From Candidatus Levybacteria bacterium RIFCSPHIGHO2_01_FULL_41_15 (lineage in GTDB: Bacteria > Patescibacteriota > Microgenomatia > Levybacterales > UBA12049), in NCBI GenBank assembly GCA_001782165.1, contig MFNV01000002.1, positions 15,747-79,746 of the forward strand: a stretch of 64,000 nucleotides of DNA. The letters run 5' to 3'. The position numbers and the translations under genes are program-made. Each line of letters starts with the position of its first letter. Position 1 is the first letter of the stretch. Positions 9,837 to 22,693 of this stretch are shown piece by piece. Under the pieces are notes generated by a model, which did no database searches, was not told the DNA's origin, and was given only the letters and a program-made list of their open reading frames with translations.

Positions 9837-10801
9837 ATGTTCAAACTTATGAGCGTAGAAAGGTCTTTTGGTCAACCACCGGTAGAAGTTTCCTCATTTA
9901 GGGCTATACAGCTGGTAGGAAGTTCTGTCGAACTTCAACCAATCCGGCTAGAGCCAATTCCTATATCAAGAGAAGGAATTCTATTTTCTAGAATTGATGA
10001 GGAAAAAGATGTCGAGGCTTCGAATCAAGCGCCAGAGGCAAATCAAGACGGTGAGCCAATCCCGGTTCCTGTAAATGGAGATTGGGAGCCGTTTAATTTA
10101 GATCCGCATCAATCACAGAATTTTGTAAATCTATATGGTGGTCCGTTTTCCCAGCAAATGGAGCTCAACAGAACAAATGCCGAGAGACTCTTGCAAGCTG
10201 CAGGAATTGAAGGAAAAGTTATAATTGCCGATTTGCCAATGGATAGATCAAGATCGATAGCTGGTGTTAATACGGATGGATCTGTTACGGGACGAAGAAG
10301 ATTATTCTGGGGAGAAAAAGTTCAGGAAGAAAATGGCTCACAATCTTTAGTAAGATCAATTCCTGAGGGTTGGAGAATCGAAATCCCCGGGCAAGAAATG
10401 ATGGAAGAACTCTCAAGAAAAAAAAGCAAAACACCAATGGGTGAGAGATTTATTGCAAAAATTAATCAGCAGTTGAGACAAGCCCTAAGTGAATTAATCA
10501 TAAAAGAAAAACTTACTCCCAAAAATCCGCATTTCGATACAAGAATTTTTTTTCCGCCATGCCCGTTATGAGTATATCAGTTGTTCATATTGTTACCCTT
10601 GAATCTTTTAATTGGGTTGATATACCTCTATATTTTAATTTAAATCTTTTTAACAATCTAGTCGGAAGAATAATGGGTCATTGGGCGAAAGAAAAATTGT
10701 ATGAAAATTTTTTGCCTCCGCTTGAGGTTGATAGGGTTTGGAGGGGGTTTTTGTTCACGAATATAAAGGGGAGAAATCTGGTCCGTCTGGCGGCGAGATA
10801 A
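9837..10801 (+). pseudogene. Hypothetical protein split by a frameshift at a T8 tract
   Basis: Adding one T at 10546-10553 joins ORF 9837-10571 to ORF 10559-10801 (…TRIFFSAMPVMS…). Confidence 0.55.
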
Positions 10802-10958
10802 ATCCGCCTACGTCAAGAGACTTCGGCGAGACGAGTCCGCCCTTACGAAGAAAATAGAGTTTAAGTTTAAAACCTAAAGAGCTTTAACTACAGGTATACT
10901 AGTATATCTTCGCTAAGTATACTTGAAGTTCTAGATTTAACAGCCCAGCTGTATAAGA

Positions 10959-11663
10959 TTATTGAGAGGGATGATTAAGTATTGCAGCCTCTTGAGGTTG
11001 CGGTTTTACAAAAATACCGAAAATATAACCAATTTCCCCGGGCTCATTGGGATCTAATCCTGGCTTTCTGTATACGAATGCAGCCCATTCAGCAGGGTCA
11101 TTCGATACTCCCGGATGAGGTTTGGTACCTTTTACAATAACAACGTGTTCAATAATTGCTCCTTGGGGAAGAGTTCCGATAATTCGAGTAAACTGACCGG
11201 TTGGAGTACTTGTTCCCGGATGATCCCGTACGTTTACAGGAGTTCCCTCTTGCTGCATTTTTAAAAGTTCTTCATAGGTTGCGCCTGCCGGAACTACCTT
11301 TACCCTCTCAAAAATTTTCTCTCCTTCTCCAAGAGGAATTGTGCCGTTTAATTTTCCTGCGGTTTCTTCATTGAACCTTCTTATTTCTTCGTTCTCATTA
11401 TAAAAACTTACAACTGTCTCTCCAGCTTTTTGAACACTTTCAGCACCCGCAGTTACAGCATCTTCAATCTTCTCTGCGGCTTTTTCCGGTAAATTCTGCT
11501 CAATTGCAACACCTGTTCCCACAAATCCCAAAAGAGCTGCGGCGCGAATAAGAGCACCTTTAAAAGAAATTTTATTCTGGGACTTTGGGGAGTGTTCTCT
11601 TTGAAACCTTGGAACATCAAGGTTCTTTCTATAAGGTTGTCCGCTAGTTCCTATCTCTGTCAT
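10959..11663 (-). CDS. Membrane-anchored hypothetical protein, possible C-terminal SH3b-like domain
   Basis: One TM; VNVRDHPGT...IIGTL...W...GYI pattern. Confidence 0.6.
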   Translation of the reverse strand: MTEIGTSGQPYRKNLDVPRFQREHSPKSQNKISFKGALIRAAALLGFVGTGVAIEQNLPEKAAEKIEDAVTAGAESVQKAGETVVSFYNENEEIRRFNEETAGKLNGTIPLGEGEKIFERVKVVPAGATYEELLKMQQEGTPVNVRDHPGTSTPTGQFTRIIGTLPQGAIIEHVVIVKGTKPHPGVSNDPAEWAAFVYRKPGLDPNEPGEIGYIFGIFVKPQPQEAAILNHPSQ

Positions 11664-11776
11664 ATTTTGATATTATCAGTAAATAAGATTTGTTGTCAAC
11701 GCCGATAAACTCCGATTTAATCGGCGTCAATGTTTGACATAGTTAGTTGGTTAGTTAGTTCCTTGTTGTTCGCAAT

Positions 11777-11805
11777 TTGACATTCATGTTTCCATGTCGC
11801 ACAAT
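11777..11805 (+). promoter_or_regulatory. sigma70-type promoter overlapping a dif-like half site
   Basis: TTGACA-17 nt-CACAAT; ATGTCGCACAA at 11794-11804 matches the left arm at 9614 in 10/11 positions. Confidence 0.55.
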
Positions 11806-11838
11806 TTAGTTATTGGTTAGTTAGTTCTTAGTTTTTCG

Positions 11839-12210
11839 ATGGATAACAAATTTAGATTTGAAGACTTAAACGTATATCAAGAAGCGTTGAGATTTGTAGA
11901 CAGCATATACTCTTTGACTTCCAAATGGCCAAAAGATGAAATTTTTGGATTAACAAATCAATTTCGTAGGGCTTCAGTATCGATTGCGTTAAACATAGCT
12001 GAAGGGACTAGTCGTACCAAGAGGAACTTTAGGCATTTTCTGGATCTATCTAAGGGATCGTGTTTTGAGTGCGCTGCAATCTTATCAATTCCTAGAAGCA
12101 GGAAATATATCAATCAAGAGGATTTTGATTCACATTATGATTGGGTTAATAAACTTGCCCGCATGATAAGCAAATTAAAAACTTCATTACGAATAACCAA
12201 TAACGAATAA
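11839..12210 (+). CDS. Four-helix-bundle protein (23S rRNA-IVS protein family)
   Basis: FEDLNVYQ, PKDEIFGLTNQFRRASVSIALNIAEG, GSCFE motifs. Confidence 0.93.
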   Translation: MDNKFRFEDLNVYQEALRFVDSIYSLTSKWPKDEIFGLTNQFRRASVSIALNIAEGTSRTKRNFRHFLDLSKGSCFECAAILSIPRSRKYINQEDFDSHYDWVNKLARMISKLKTSLRITNNE

Positions 12211-12220
12211 CAGACTAACC

Positions 12221-13150
12221 ATGAAATTGTTGCCCGATTTGATCGACGAATTCCTAGAATATCTTGAGATTGAAAGAAACTGCAGCAAACTTACTATAAG
12301 AGATTACAGGCATTATCTTGAGGTTTTCAATGACTGGTTTTCTAAAAACTCTTCAGGCCAGTCGATAAAAAATTTAGATCTTCAGACAGTTCGAAAATAC
12401 AGGGTTTATCTTTCAAATAAAATTGATAAGAAAGGATCAACTCTTAAAAGAATAACACAAAATTATTATGTGATAGCCCTTCGCTCTTTTCTAAGATACC
12501 TTATAAAAAACGACATAAAAACTTTAGAACCATCAAAAATAGATCTGCCAAAAGCAGAAAGCAGAAGCTTAAAGTTTTTAGACAGAGACCAAATAGACAG
12601 GCTTGTGATATCCATAGATACTTCAGAACCTGAGGGCAAGAGAAACAGAGCGATTTTGGAACTTCTCTTCTCCACCGGTCTTCGTGTTTCAGAATTGGTT
12701 TCTCTTAATCGGGACAAAATAAATTTAGACCGTCGAGAATTTGGAGTTATTGGCAAAGGAGGAAGGGCTCGGGTTGTTTTTATTTCCGATAGGGCGGCTC
12801 AATGGCTTTCGGAATATTTTAAAACTCGCGAGGATATCTACGATCCCCTTTTCATTCGTTATTCCGGAAAAGAAATTCCCGAAAACCGGGGAGAAAAAAT
12901 GAGACTTACCGCCCGATCAATTGAAAGAATTGTTAAAAAATATGTGAGAGTGGCGCGTTTGCCGGTGGATGCAACAGTTCATACTCTTCGCCATTCTTTT
13001 GCAACGGATCTTCTCACAAACGGCGCTGACCTTCGCTCGGTTCAGGAAATGTTGGGCCACAAAAATATCTCAACAACCCAAATCTACACCCATGTAACAA
13101 ATAAGCAACTCAGGGATGTGCATGAGGCATTTCATAGTGGTAATAAGTGA
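12221..13150 (+). CDS. XerC/XerD-type tyrosine recombinase
   Basis: STGLRVSEL, GKGGRAR, HTLRHSFAT, LGHKNISTTQIY. Confidence 0.95.
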   Translation: MKLLPDLIDEFLEYLEIERNCSKLTIRDYRHYLEVFNDWFSKNSSGQSIKNLDLQTVRKYRVYLSNKIDKKGSTLKRITQNYYVIALRSFLRYLIKNDIKTLEPSKIDLPKAESRSLKFLDRDQIDRLVISIDTSEPEGKRNRAILELLFSTGLRVSELVSLNRDKINLDRREFGVIGKGGRARVVFISDRAAQWLSEYFKTREDIYDPLFIRYSGKEIPENRGEKMRLTARSIERIVKKYVRVARLPVDATVHTLRHSFATDLLTNGADLRSVQEMLGHKNISTTQIYTHVTNKQLRDVHEAFHSGNK

Positions 13151-13233
13151 GAATTTATCCTGTTCCCTGCCCGCCTTTGGAGGGAGTTCATCGAAGGATC
13201 CACGAGGTTTTCCATTTTAGGAATAAATAAAGG

Positions 13234-13893
13234 TTACCAGCACTTGGAAGTTTCCGAGGACCAGACGGCATAAGCCCAGGGATCTCCGGAGCCGGTAACT
13301 TGGCTTGCACAATTTTCGGGAGTGACGATCTCACCCCAGACAGAATCGCCATCGCGTGTGGGATCAATAAAGTTTTTGTCAGCATCATCATAATTTTCTG
13401 GGGTACAGTGGAGGATTATTTTATACTCAACCCCGTCTGATTTGTAGAGAAAACCAGCATGATCTGAATTGCAGTTGTTATTTTTGCTGCCCGGTGTATG
13501 TAGTCGCGGATCCTGCGGTAGCCTTTTTATATGATTCGGTGCCAAGTTAGGGATATAACCATTTGGTCCTTCGTAACCCATATTGCCGTAATCAACAGCA
13601 TCACCAAAAACTTCGTTGTTAACGCCGGTCAAAGGATAATTGCCGTTTACTGCCATGTAGGCTTCAAGGGCCCTTTTTACTTGGGAGAGCTGAGTTTTTC
13701 TTTGGGCATCCCTTGTTTGTGCCATCCGTTTTCCCGGATTAACAACAACCAATACCATAGCTGCTAAGACTCCTAAAACAGCGATGACGATTAAAAGTTC
13801 AATTAGGGTAAATCCCTGTCGGCCCGGGGTTTTTACTTGAGATTTATTGCGCTTTTTCTGACAATTAATAACTTGCAGCTGGGCAGGTTTCAT
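13234..13893 (-). CDS. Orphan type IV pilin / pseudopilin
   Basis: GFTLIELLIVIAVLGVLA cleavage/methylation motif, RDAQRK. Confidence 0.9.
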   Translation of the reverse strand: MKPAQLQVINCQKKRNKSQVKTPGRQGFTLIELLIVIAVLGVLAAMVLVVVNPGKRMAQTRDAQRKTQLSQVKRALEAYMAVNGNYPLTGVNNEVFGDAVDYGNMGYEGPNGYIPNLAPNHIKRLPQDPRLHTPGSKNNNCNSDHAGFLYKSDGVEYKIILHCTPENYDDADKNFIDPTRDGDSVWGEIVTPENCASQVTGSGDPWAYAVWSSETSKCW

Positions 13894-13949
13894 TTAGTTT
13901 AGTATAGTATAAAATGAAAATTTACAAAATTTACTTAAACGCCTTAGAT

Positions 13950-15029
13950 TTACACTCCTTTTCTTGCTGTCTCATAAAATTCAACTAGGCTTGTAACAAG
14001 CTCAGGGTTCCCTGACAGAAGGGCAATTTCCTCTGTTCCTGCCCGAACTCCACTTTGCATAAGATTATGAGAGCCAAACATTACGATTTGCCCATCCACA
14101 ATCAAAAGCTTTGCATGGAGTCTGCCATCAAATTTTTTAAAAGGAATTCGTTGTCTTTTAACGCCCATAAAAAATCTATTCCATAGATTAATTAACTTGT
14201 ATACACCCTCTACAACTGTCGGCATTAATACTTCAACGTCCACTCCCCTATTCTGGGCTTTTTTAAGAGTCCTAAGAAATTTTCCATCCGGAGTAAAAAA
14301 AGAAATATTTCTTACACTTTGCCGGGCACTATCAACTAGATTTGCGGCAGTATCAAGTACCAAGGATTCACCAGGTTTTCCTCTGTCTATAATAAGACTA
14401 CTGCCGTCTGAGAAATCAACCTTATAATCTTTTTTGGGTTTATTTTCATTTACTCTGGCAAACTGAGCTATAAGAGCCTCGACAATTTCTTGATCAGTAA
14501 CCTTCACCACGAAATCTATTCCCTTAAATGATGCATCGCTTATATTTACTCCTCCAATCCATGCAATATTATCAACAATGTACATTTTTATATGGTTTCG
14601 GCCGAAGAACGGAAGAACTCTCTGAAGAGAAGCAGGAGAGTTTAGAAAATTTACTTTTACCCCCACTTCGGAAAGCCTTCTATAAGTTTGGTCATTACGA
14701 TTTGCACAGAATCTATGGTATCCGTTTCCCAAAAGCGGAAAGTCTTTTTTGATATTTATTCCCGGTTCAGATGAAAGCCTTGAAAACCAGTCAATGTTGA
14801 GTCTTGTATCAAGACCTTTCTTAACAGCTTCTTCAAAAATATGAAAAAATGCACTACCCGGATGGCCTGTCTGCATATCCATTGCCTGTCCCCACACTCT
14901 TTCTTTTGCTCTTTGTGTTTCGAGTCTAAAGTCGGCAAGAAACTCAAATGGTGTAAGAACCGCAAAATTCGGGGCAGGTTCTCTCCTCGCCTCTAAATTA
15001 AATGGATAATTTACTTCAACGCTGTTCAT
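13950..15029 (-). CDS. Phospholipase D family (cardiolipin synthase-like)
   Basis: Two HKD motifs: HIKMYIVD and HAKLLIVD. Confidence 0.9.
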   Translation of the reverse strand: MNSVEVNYPFNLEARREPAPNFAVLTPFEFLADFRLETQRAKERVWGQAMDMQTGHPGSAFFHIFEEAVKKGLDTRLNIDWFSRLSSEPGINIKKDFPLLGNGYHRFCANRNDQTYRRLSEVGVKVNFLNSPASLQRVLPFFGRNHIKMYIVDNIAWIGGVNISDASFKGIDFVVKVTDQEIVEALIAQFARVNENKPKKDYKVDFSDGSSLIIDRGKPGESLVLDTAANLVDSARQSVRNISFFTPDGKFLRTLKKAQNRGVDVEVLMPTVVEGVYKLINLWNRFFMGVKRQRIPFKKFDGRLHAKLLIVDGQIVMFGSHNLMQSGVRAGTEEIALLSGNPELVTSLVEFYETARKGV

Positions 15030-15105
15030 TTTACTGAATACGAATTATATACTACAGGATAATTAAAATCAATTGTGGGGTTTAAGATGTATTATCTTCC
15101 AATAA

Positions 15106-15942
15106 TTAATTTTCGGTGGCGTTTAGGAGATTTGATAAAAGTTCTGCTACATTTACGGGACCCACGCCACCCGGGGTCGGAGTATAAAAAGAAGCAGTAT
15201 CTTTTATATCTTCTTCTTCATAGTCGCTGTGGAACTTACCATCTTTTCCCATGAACATTCCTACTCCAACAAGTATTGCCCCCTTTTTGATATCTGATTT
15301 TGTTAGAATATTTGGTTTTCCGACTGCGCAAATTATAATATCTGAATTTTTCAAAATTTCAGCTCTGTTTTGTGTTTGACTCGCGACAGTTAGGGGTTTA
15401 ACTCCTATTCTTACCAAAGTTTTTATAATAGGCTTTCCAGCTGTTATCCCCCCACCGACCACTGTGATTTTTTTTGATTTCAGCCAGCCTTCAAAGTTTA
15501 AATTTTCTTCAAAAGAGTTGTAAATCTTCTCAAGTATTTTTAGAACCGAAATTCCGACCGGCGGGGAAAAATCAGAATATTGATGAAAGCCATCAACATC
15601 TTTTCTGGGATTTATAGCTTCGGCAGTTTTCTTTTCATCAATTTGAAAAGGTAGTGGTCTTTGGACGATGACCCCATGAATAGATGAGTCATTATTTAGT
15701 TTATGAATTTTTTTCAAAAGATCTTGGGTTGTGATTTGCGGATCCAAATTCTCAACTGTTATTTTTGCGCCGATTCTCTTTCCCTTTAATTTTTTCTGAG
15801 AAACATAAACCTTTGACGCAAAATTACTCGTCAGTGTAATTATGTGAAGATGAGGAGTAATTCCCTTTCCTTTAAGTTTATCTACTCTTTGTTTGAGATC
15901 ATTGAAAATCTTCTGTGCTATCTCTTGACCGTCAACTCGCAT
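15106..15942 (-). CDS. folD: Methylene-THF dehydrogenase/cyclohydrolase
   Basis: VQRPLP, KDVDGFH, TPTPGGVGP. Confidence 0.93.
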   Translation of the reverse strand: MRVDGQEIAQKIFNDLKQRVDKLKGKGITPHLHIITLTSNFASKVYVSQKKLKGKRIGAKITVENLDPQITTQDLLKKIHKLNNDSSIHGVIVQRPLPFQIDEKKTAEAINPRKDVDGFHQYSDFSPPVGISVLKILEKIYNSFEENLNFEGWLKSKKITVVGGGITAGKPIIKTLVRIGVKPLTVASQTQNRAEILKNSDIIICAVGKPNILTKSDIKKGAILVGVGMFMGKDGKFHSDYEEEDIKDTASFYTPTPGGVGPVNVAELLSNLLNATEN

Positions 15943-16042
15943 CTTAAAAGCACCTCCGCCCTTGTCTTGCTTACCAAGTCTGACTTGGTTTCGCTCGCAA
16001 GCGGGCTCCTTCGCATTTGCTCGTCCGCCCCATCAGCTTTCA

Positions 16043-18532
16043 TTATCCCCTCCCAATAAAAGTGGCGGATGCGACGTGGTCGTTTGGATTTGAATACCTC
16101 ATCAAGATAACTCCCTGGGTGTCCCGGGAAAGTCTGGGAATTGATTTAATCTCAAGCTTTACGACCTGACCCCTTTTGGATGTAATAATAATTTCCTCAC
16201 AGTTTGTCGGAATGACTTGAGCAAAACCTACTTTTCCGGTTTTTGAAGTTACCTTTGCAACTTTTACTCCCTTTCCTCCCCTTACCTGGCCCCTGAATAA
16301 TTTACACGCTGTTTTTTTGCCGAGACCGTTTTCCATAATTGTCAGAAGATCATCGTCCCCCGCTTTATTTATAACATCCATACCAATTACAATATCTTCC
16401 CCCTCAAGTCTTATTCCCCGAACTCCCCTAGTTGCTCTTCCTGTAGGCCTTACTCCCTTTTCGGAAAATCTAATCGCTTTACCGTTTTTAGTTGCCAAAA
16501 TAATATCATTCTCACCGCTTGACAACTCACTCCATGTGAGCTCGTCTCCTCTATCAAGCTTTATAGCAACTATTCCGTTTCGCCTTATATTTTCAAAATC
16601 TTTTATTTTTGATTTTTTAACCGTGCCTTTCCGTGTTGTTAAAAATACATATTCTCCTCTTTCATCTTTTCCCGAGCTTATAAAAGATTCGACTTTCTCT
16701 CCCTGCTCAATATTTAATAAATTGACTATTGCCGTGCCCTTGCTTGTTCTTTGAGATTCTGAGATATCATAGGCTTTTATTTGATAAACCTTACCTTTGT
16801 TTGTAAAGAAAAAAAGATTGTCGTGAGTTTCTGCATAACGGATATGCGATATGGTATCCTCTTCTTTTGTAGTCATACCTTTTATTCCTTTTCCTCCCCG
16901 ATGCTGAGTTTTAAAGGAAGTTAAGCTCTGTCTTTTTATGTAACCTGTTTCTGTAAGTGTGATCACTGTCGGTTCGTTTGGGATAAGATCCTCGTCCGAA
17001 AATTCTCCGACTTTGCTTTTGAAAACTTTGGTTCGTCTTGGGTCTTGGTATTTTTCTTTAAGTTTGAGGAGCTCGTCCTTAACTACTTTAAGAATTTTGG
17101 GCGGATTTGCAAGAAGGTCTTCAAGATAGGCAATTGTTTCTTTGACCATGATATACTCGTCTTCAATTTTCTGCCTTTCAAGTGCTGCAAGACGTCGAAG
17201 CTGCATGTCCAAAATTGCCGTTGCTTGAATTTCCGAAAGTTTGAATTTTCTAATAAGATTCTGCTTGGCTTCTTCCTGATCTTTGGATTTTTTGATGGTT
17301 TCAATTACCGCATCAATATTGTCAACTGCAATCTTAAGCCCCTCGAGGATATGAAGTCTTGCTTTTGCTTCCCGTAATTCAAATTCAGATCTTCTCGTAA
17401 CGACAAGAAATCGGTGCTTTAGGTATTCCTCAAGTATTGTCTTAAGATTTAGGGTTTGGGGAGTTCCGTTGACTAGAGCAACAATATTTGCCGGGAAGGT
17501 TGTTTGAAGACTAGTATGTTTGAATAAGTTATTAAGTACTTTTCTTGGTGCTGCATCGCGCTTTAACTCCACAACCACTCTCATTCCGTGTCTGTCGGAT
17601 TCATCCCGAAGATCTGAGATTCCATCTATTTTCCTTTCTTTGGCAAGCTCTGCGACTCGGGCGACTAAAAGCGCCTTATTTACCTGATAAGGAAGTTCGG
17701 TTATTATAATTGCCGATTTTCCCTGACCTATGTCTTCAATTTCTGCTCTTCCCCTTATCAAAATTCTTCCCCGACCCACTGTATAAACGTTTTTTATTTC
17801 GGTAATGTCGTAAATCGCACCAGCCGTCGGAAAATCAGGGCCTTTTATGAACTCCAGAAGCTCATCTATGGTTACATTACTTGAGAAATAGGTTTCTGAT
17901 ATCTTTGATACTTTTTCATCTTTTGATACTTTTGTCCTGTCAATAGTAAATACGATTGCATCTATGACCTCGGAGATGTTATGAGGCGGAATCTTGGTCG
18001 CCATTCCCACAGCAATTCCCTCAGATCCCATGAGAAGAAGGTTTGGTAATTTTGCTGGAAGAAATACAGGTTCTTTAAGTGTTGCATCAAAATTTTCAAG
18101 GTAATCGACCGTTTCTTTATCCAAATCAAAAAGCATTTCGGAGGTTATCCCTGCCATTCTTGCTTCCGTATACCTCATTGCAGCGGGCGGATCTCCATCC
18201 ATTGAGCCGAAGTTTCCCTGTCCGTCAATTAAAGGATAACGAAGAGAAAAATCCTGGGCAAGACGAACCAGCGCATCATAAATAGGCATATCTCCATGCG
18301 GATGATATTTTCCCATTACTTCTCCGACAATCTTAGCGCTTTTTGAGTATTTTGCAGAATGAGAAAGTCCCATTTCGTGCATTGCAAAAAGAATTCTTCT
18401 GTGTACCGGTTTTAGACCATCTCTTACATCAGGAAGTGCGCGCTGGACAATAACAGACATCGCGTAGTCAAGATACGCTTTCTTCATTTCCCTCGTTATT
18501 TCTGTTTTGTTTACTTTGCCAATATCAGCCAT
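16043..18532 (-). CDS. gyrA: DNA gyrase subunit A
   Basis: [23 protein letters not shown], GyrA box QHRGGKG. Confidence 0.98.
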   Translation of the reverse strand: MADIGKVNKTEITREMKKAYLDYAMSVIVQRALPDVRDGLKPVHRRILFAMHEMGLSHSAKYSKSAKIVGEVMGKYHPHGDMPIYDALVRLAQDFSLRYPLIDGQGNFGSMDGDPPAAMRYTEARMAGITSEMLFDLDKETVDYLENFDATLKEPVFLPAKLPNLLLMGSEGIAVGMATKIPPHNISEVIDAIVFTIDRTKVSKDEKVSKISETYFSSNVTIDELLEFIKGPDFPTAGAIYDITEIKNVYTVGRGRILIRGRAEIEDIGQGKSAIIITELPYQVNKALLVARVAELAKERKIDGISDLRDESDRHGMRVVVELKRDAAPRKVLNNLFKHTSLQTTFPANIVALVNGTPQTLNLKTILEEYLKHRFLVVTRRSEFELREAKARLHILEGLKIAVDNIDAVIETIKKSKDQEEAKQNLIRKFKLSEIQATAILDMQLRRLAALERQKIEDEYIMVKETIAYLEDLLANPPKILKVVKDELLKLKEKYQDPRRTKVFKSKVGEFSDEDLIPNEPTVITLTETGYIKRQSLTSFKTQHRGGKGIKGMTTKEEDTISHIRYAETHDNLFFFTNKGKVYQIKAYDISESQRTSKGTAIVNLLNIEQGEKVESFISSGKDERGEYVFLTTRKGTVKKSKIKDFENIRRNGIVAIKLDRGDELTWSELSSGENDIILATKNGKAIRFSEKGVRPTGRATRGVRGIRLEGEDIVIGMDVINKAGDDDLLTIMENGLGKKTACKLFRGQVRGGKGVKVAKVTSKTGKVGFAQVIPTNCEEIIITSKRGQVVKLEIKSIPRLSRDTQGVILMRYSNPNDHVASATFIGRG

Positions 18533-18534
18533 AA

Positions 18535-18618
18535 GAATTTAAAATTTAAAATTCAGAATGCAGAATGATTTATAATTTAGAATTTCAATTCTGAACTCTG
18601 AATTCTAGATTCTGAATT
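18535..18618. repeat. Inverted heptamer arrays between ppa and gyrA
   Basis: aatttaaaatttaaaattcagaatgcagaat ... aattctgaactctgaattctagattctgaatt. Confidence 0.8.
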
Positions 18619-19144
18619 ACTTCTTAGAGTAGTTGGTGATGGATTTTTGAATATCTTCTAAGGCAACAGATTTATCCATCCAATTTCTGATTTTGACCCA
18701 CTTTCCCGGTTCGGTTTTTTTGTAGTTTTCGAAAAAATACTTAAGATCATCTTTTGTCTTTTGCGGAATATCCGATACGTCATTATAGTCTTTAAACTTT
18801 GGATCAATCTTGGGTAATGGCACTGCAATTATTTTATTGTCCACTCCTGCCTCATCTTCCATTTCAAGCATCCCTATTGGTCTTGATGGAATTACAACGC
18901 CCGACACCACAGGTTTACTACTTAAAACCAACACGTCCACCGGATCACCATCATCTGCTAAAGTGTTGGGAATAAATCCGTAATTAAAGGGATAATTCAT
19001 CTCTGTATAAAGAAATCTGTCAACGAAAATTACACCCGAGTCTTTGTCAAGCTCGTACTTAACCGAAACACCCTGCGGTATTTCTATAAAAACATTTACA
19101 TCCTCCGGCGGATTCTTCCCCACCTTTATCTTCGATAGATCCAT
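18617..19144 (-). CDS. ppa: Inorganic pyrophosphatase
   Basis: [21 protein letters not shown]; start moved to MDLSK. Confidence 0.96.
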   Translation of the reverse strand: MDLSKIKVGKNPPEDVNVFIEIPQGVSVKYELDKDSGVIFVDRFLYTEMNYPFNYGFIPNTLADDGDPVDVLVLSSKPVVSGVVIPSRPIGMLEMEDEAGVDNKIIAVPLPKIDPKFKDYNDVSDIPQKTKDDLKYFFENYKKTEPGKWVKIRNWMDKSVALEDIQKSITNYSKK

Positions 19145-19194
19145 AAAAATATTATATTCGAATATTCCCCAGCTCACAAGTCTCATTTTCTCCT

Positions 19195-19231
19195 ATCCAC
19201 CTGGGAGGTGGATTGCTATTGACACCTAGGG
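19195..19231 (+). repeat. REP, left copy
   Basis: ATCCACCTGGGAGGTGGAT hairpin followed by CACCTAGGG. Confidence 0.9.
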
Positions 19232-19256
19232 ATTTTTAATTAAAAATAAGAGGTAT

Positions 19257-19925
19257 ATGCCAGGACGTTTGCTCCCACTAGTTGAAGGTCAAATTTATCA
19301 TGTCTTTAATCGGGGAATAGATCATCGTCCTACATTTACCGATAAGTTAGAGTTGAAAAGAGCCAAAGCTGTTATTGATCATTACAGATTTGTTACTCCC
19401 CTAGTCAGATTTTCCAAATTTCTTAAACTTCCCATTGAGGAAAGAAATAGACTTCAAACCAAAATAAAAGCCGGACCTAAATTAATAGATATTCTAAGTT
19501 TTTGTCTGATGCCAAATCATTTTCACCTACTTTTAAGACAAGTTTATGATAAGGGGATATCAAAATTTCTATCTAATTTTCAAAATAGTTATACAAGGTA
19601 CTTCAATATTAAAAATGAAAGAGACGGGCCGCTTTTCTTAGACCAGTTTAAGGCGGTTTTAGTTGAAACGGATGAGCAATTAATACATGTTTCAAGGTAT
19701 ATCCATCTTAATCCCATGACTTCATATCTGGTAAAAAATTTTGACTCGTTGGTTAATTACTCATGGTCGTCGTTGCCTGAATATGTTGCGCAAAAAGAAT
19801 CGTTTTGCGAGACCAGCACGATCCTGGGATTCTTCAAAGACTCAGGAGAGTATGAGGCTTTTCTAAAAGATCAGGCAGGATACCAAAGAGAGCTTAATGC
19901 GATCAAACATCTTCTTATAGATTAA
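19257..19925 (+). mobile_element. REP-associated tyrosine (Y1/HUH) transposase, RAYT-like
   Basis: YHVFNRG, LMPNHFHLL (HUH), RYIHLNP, YSWSS; flanked by direct REP copies. Confidence 0.92.
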
Positions 19926-19961
19926 TTCACCTGGGAGGTGGATTCATAGCGGCACCTAGGG
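19925..19961 (+). repeat. REP, right copy
   Basis: ATTCACCTGGGAGGTGGAT followed by CACCTAGGG, exactly 730 nt after the left copy. Confidence 0.9.
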
Positions 19962-20015
19962 GTTTATCTCTTCCGGCGGATTGTCCCCGACGGGAATTTT
20001 TTTAACATCCATACT

Positions 20016-22600
<2,585 letters not shown>

Positions 22601-22693
22601 CTAAATTTCTAGGGAAAACTGCCCCGATCTCTGTGTTTCTCCAACTTCCAAACCCCGTTCAACTTCCAACCCCTGGGGTTGAGCGTAGAATAG

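Noticed and set aside
11839-12210. Diversity-generating retroelement, suggested by the Avd-like four-helix bundle
   Set aside because: No reverse transcriptase and no TR/VR pair differing at adenines was seen in the window.
12221-13150. Prophage or integron integrase
   Set aside because: Length and motifs fit a chromosomal XerC/D; no phage genes, no IntI-specific insertion and no attC array.
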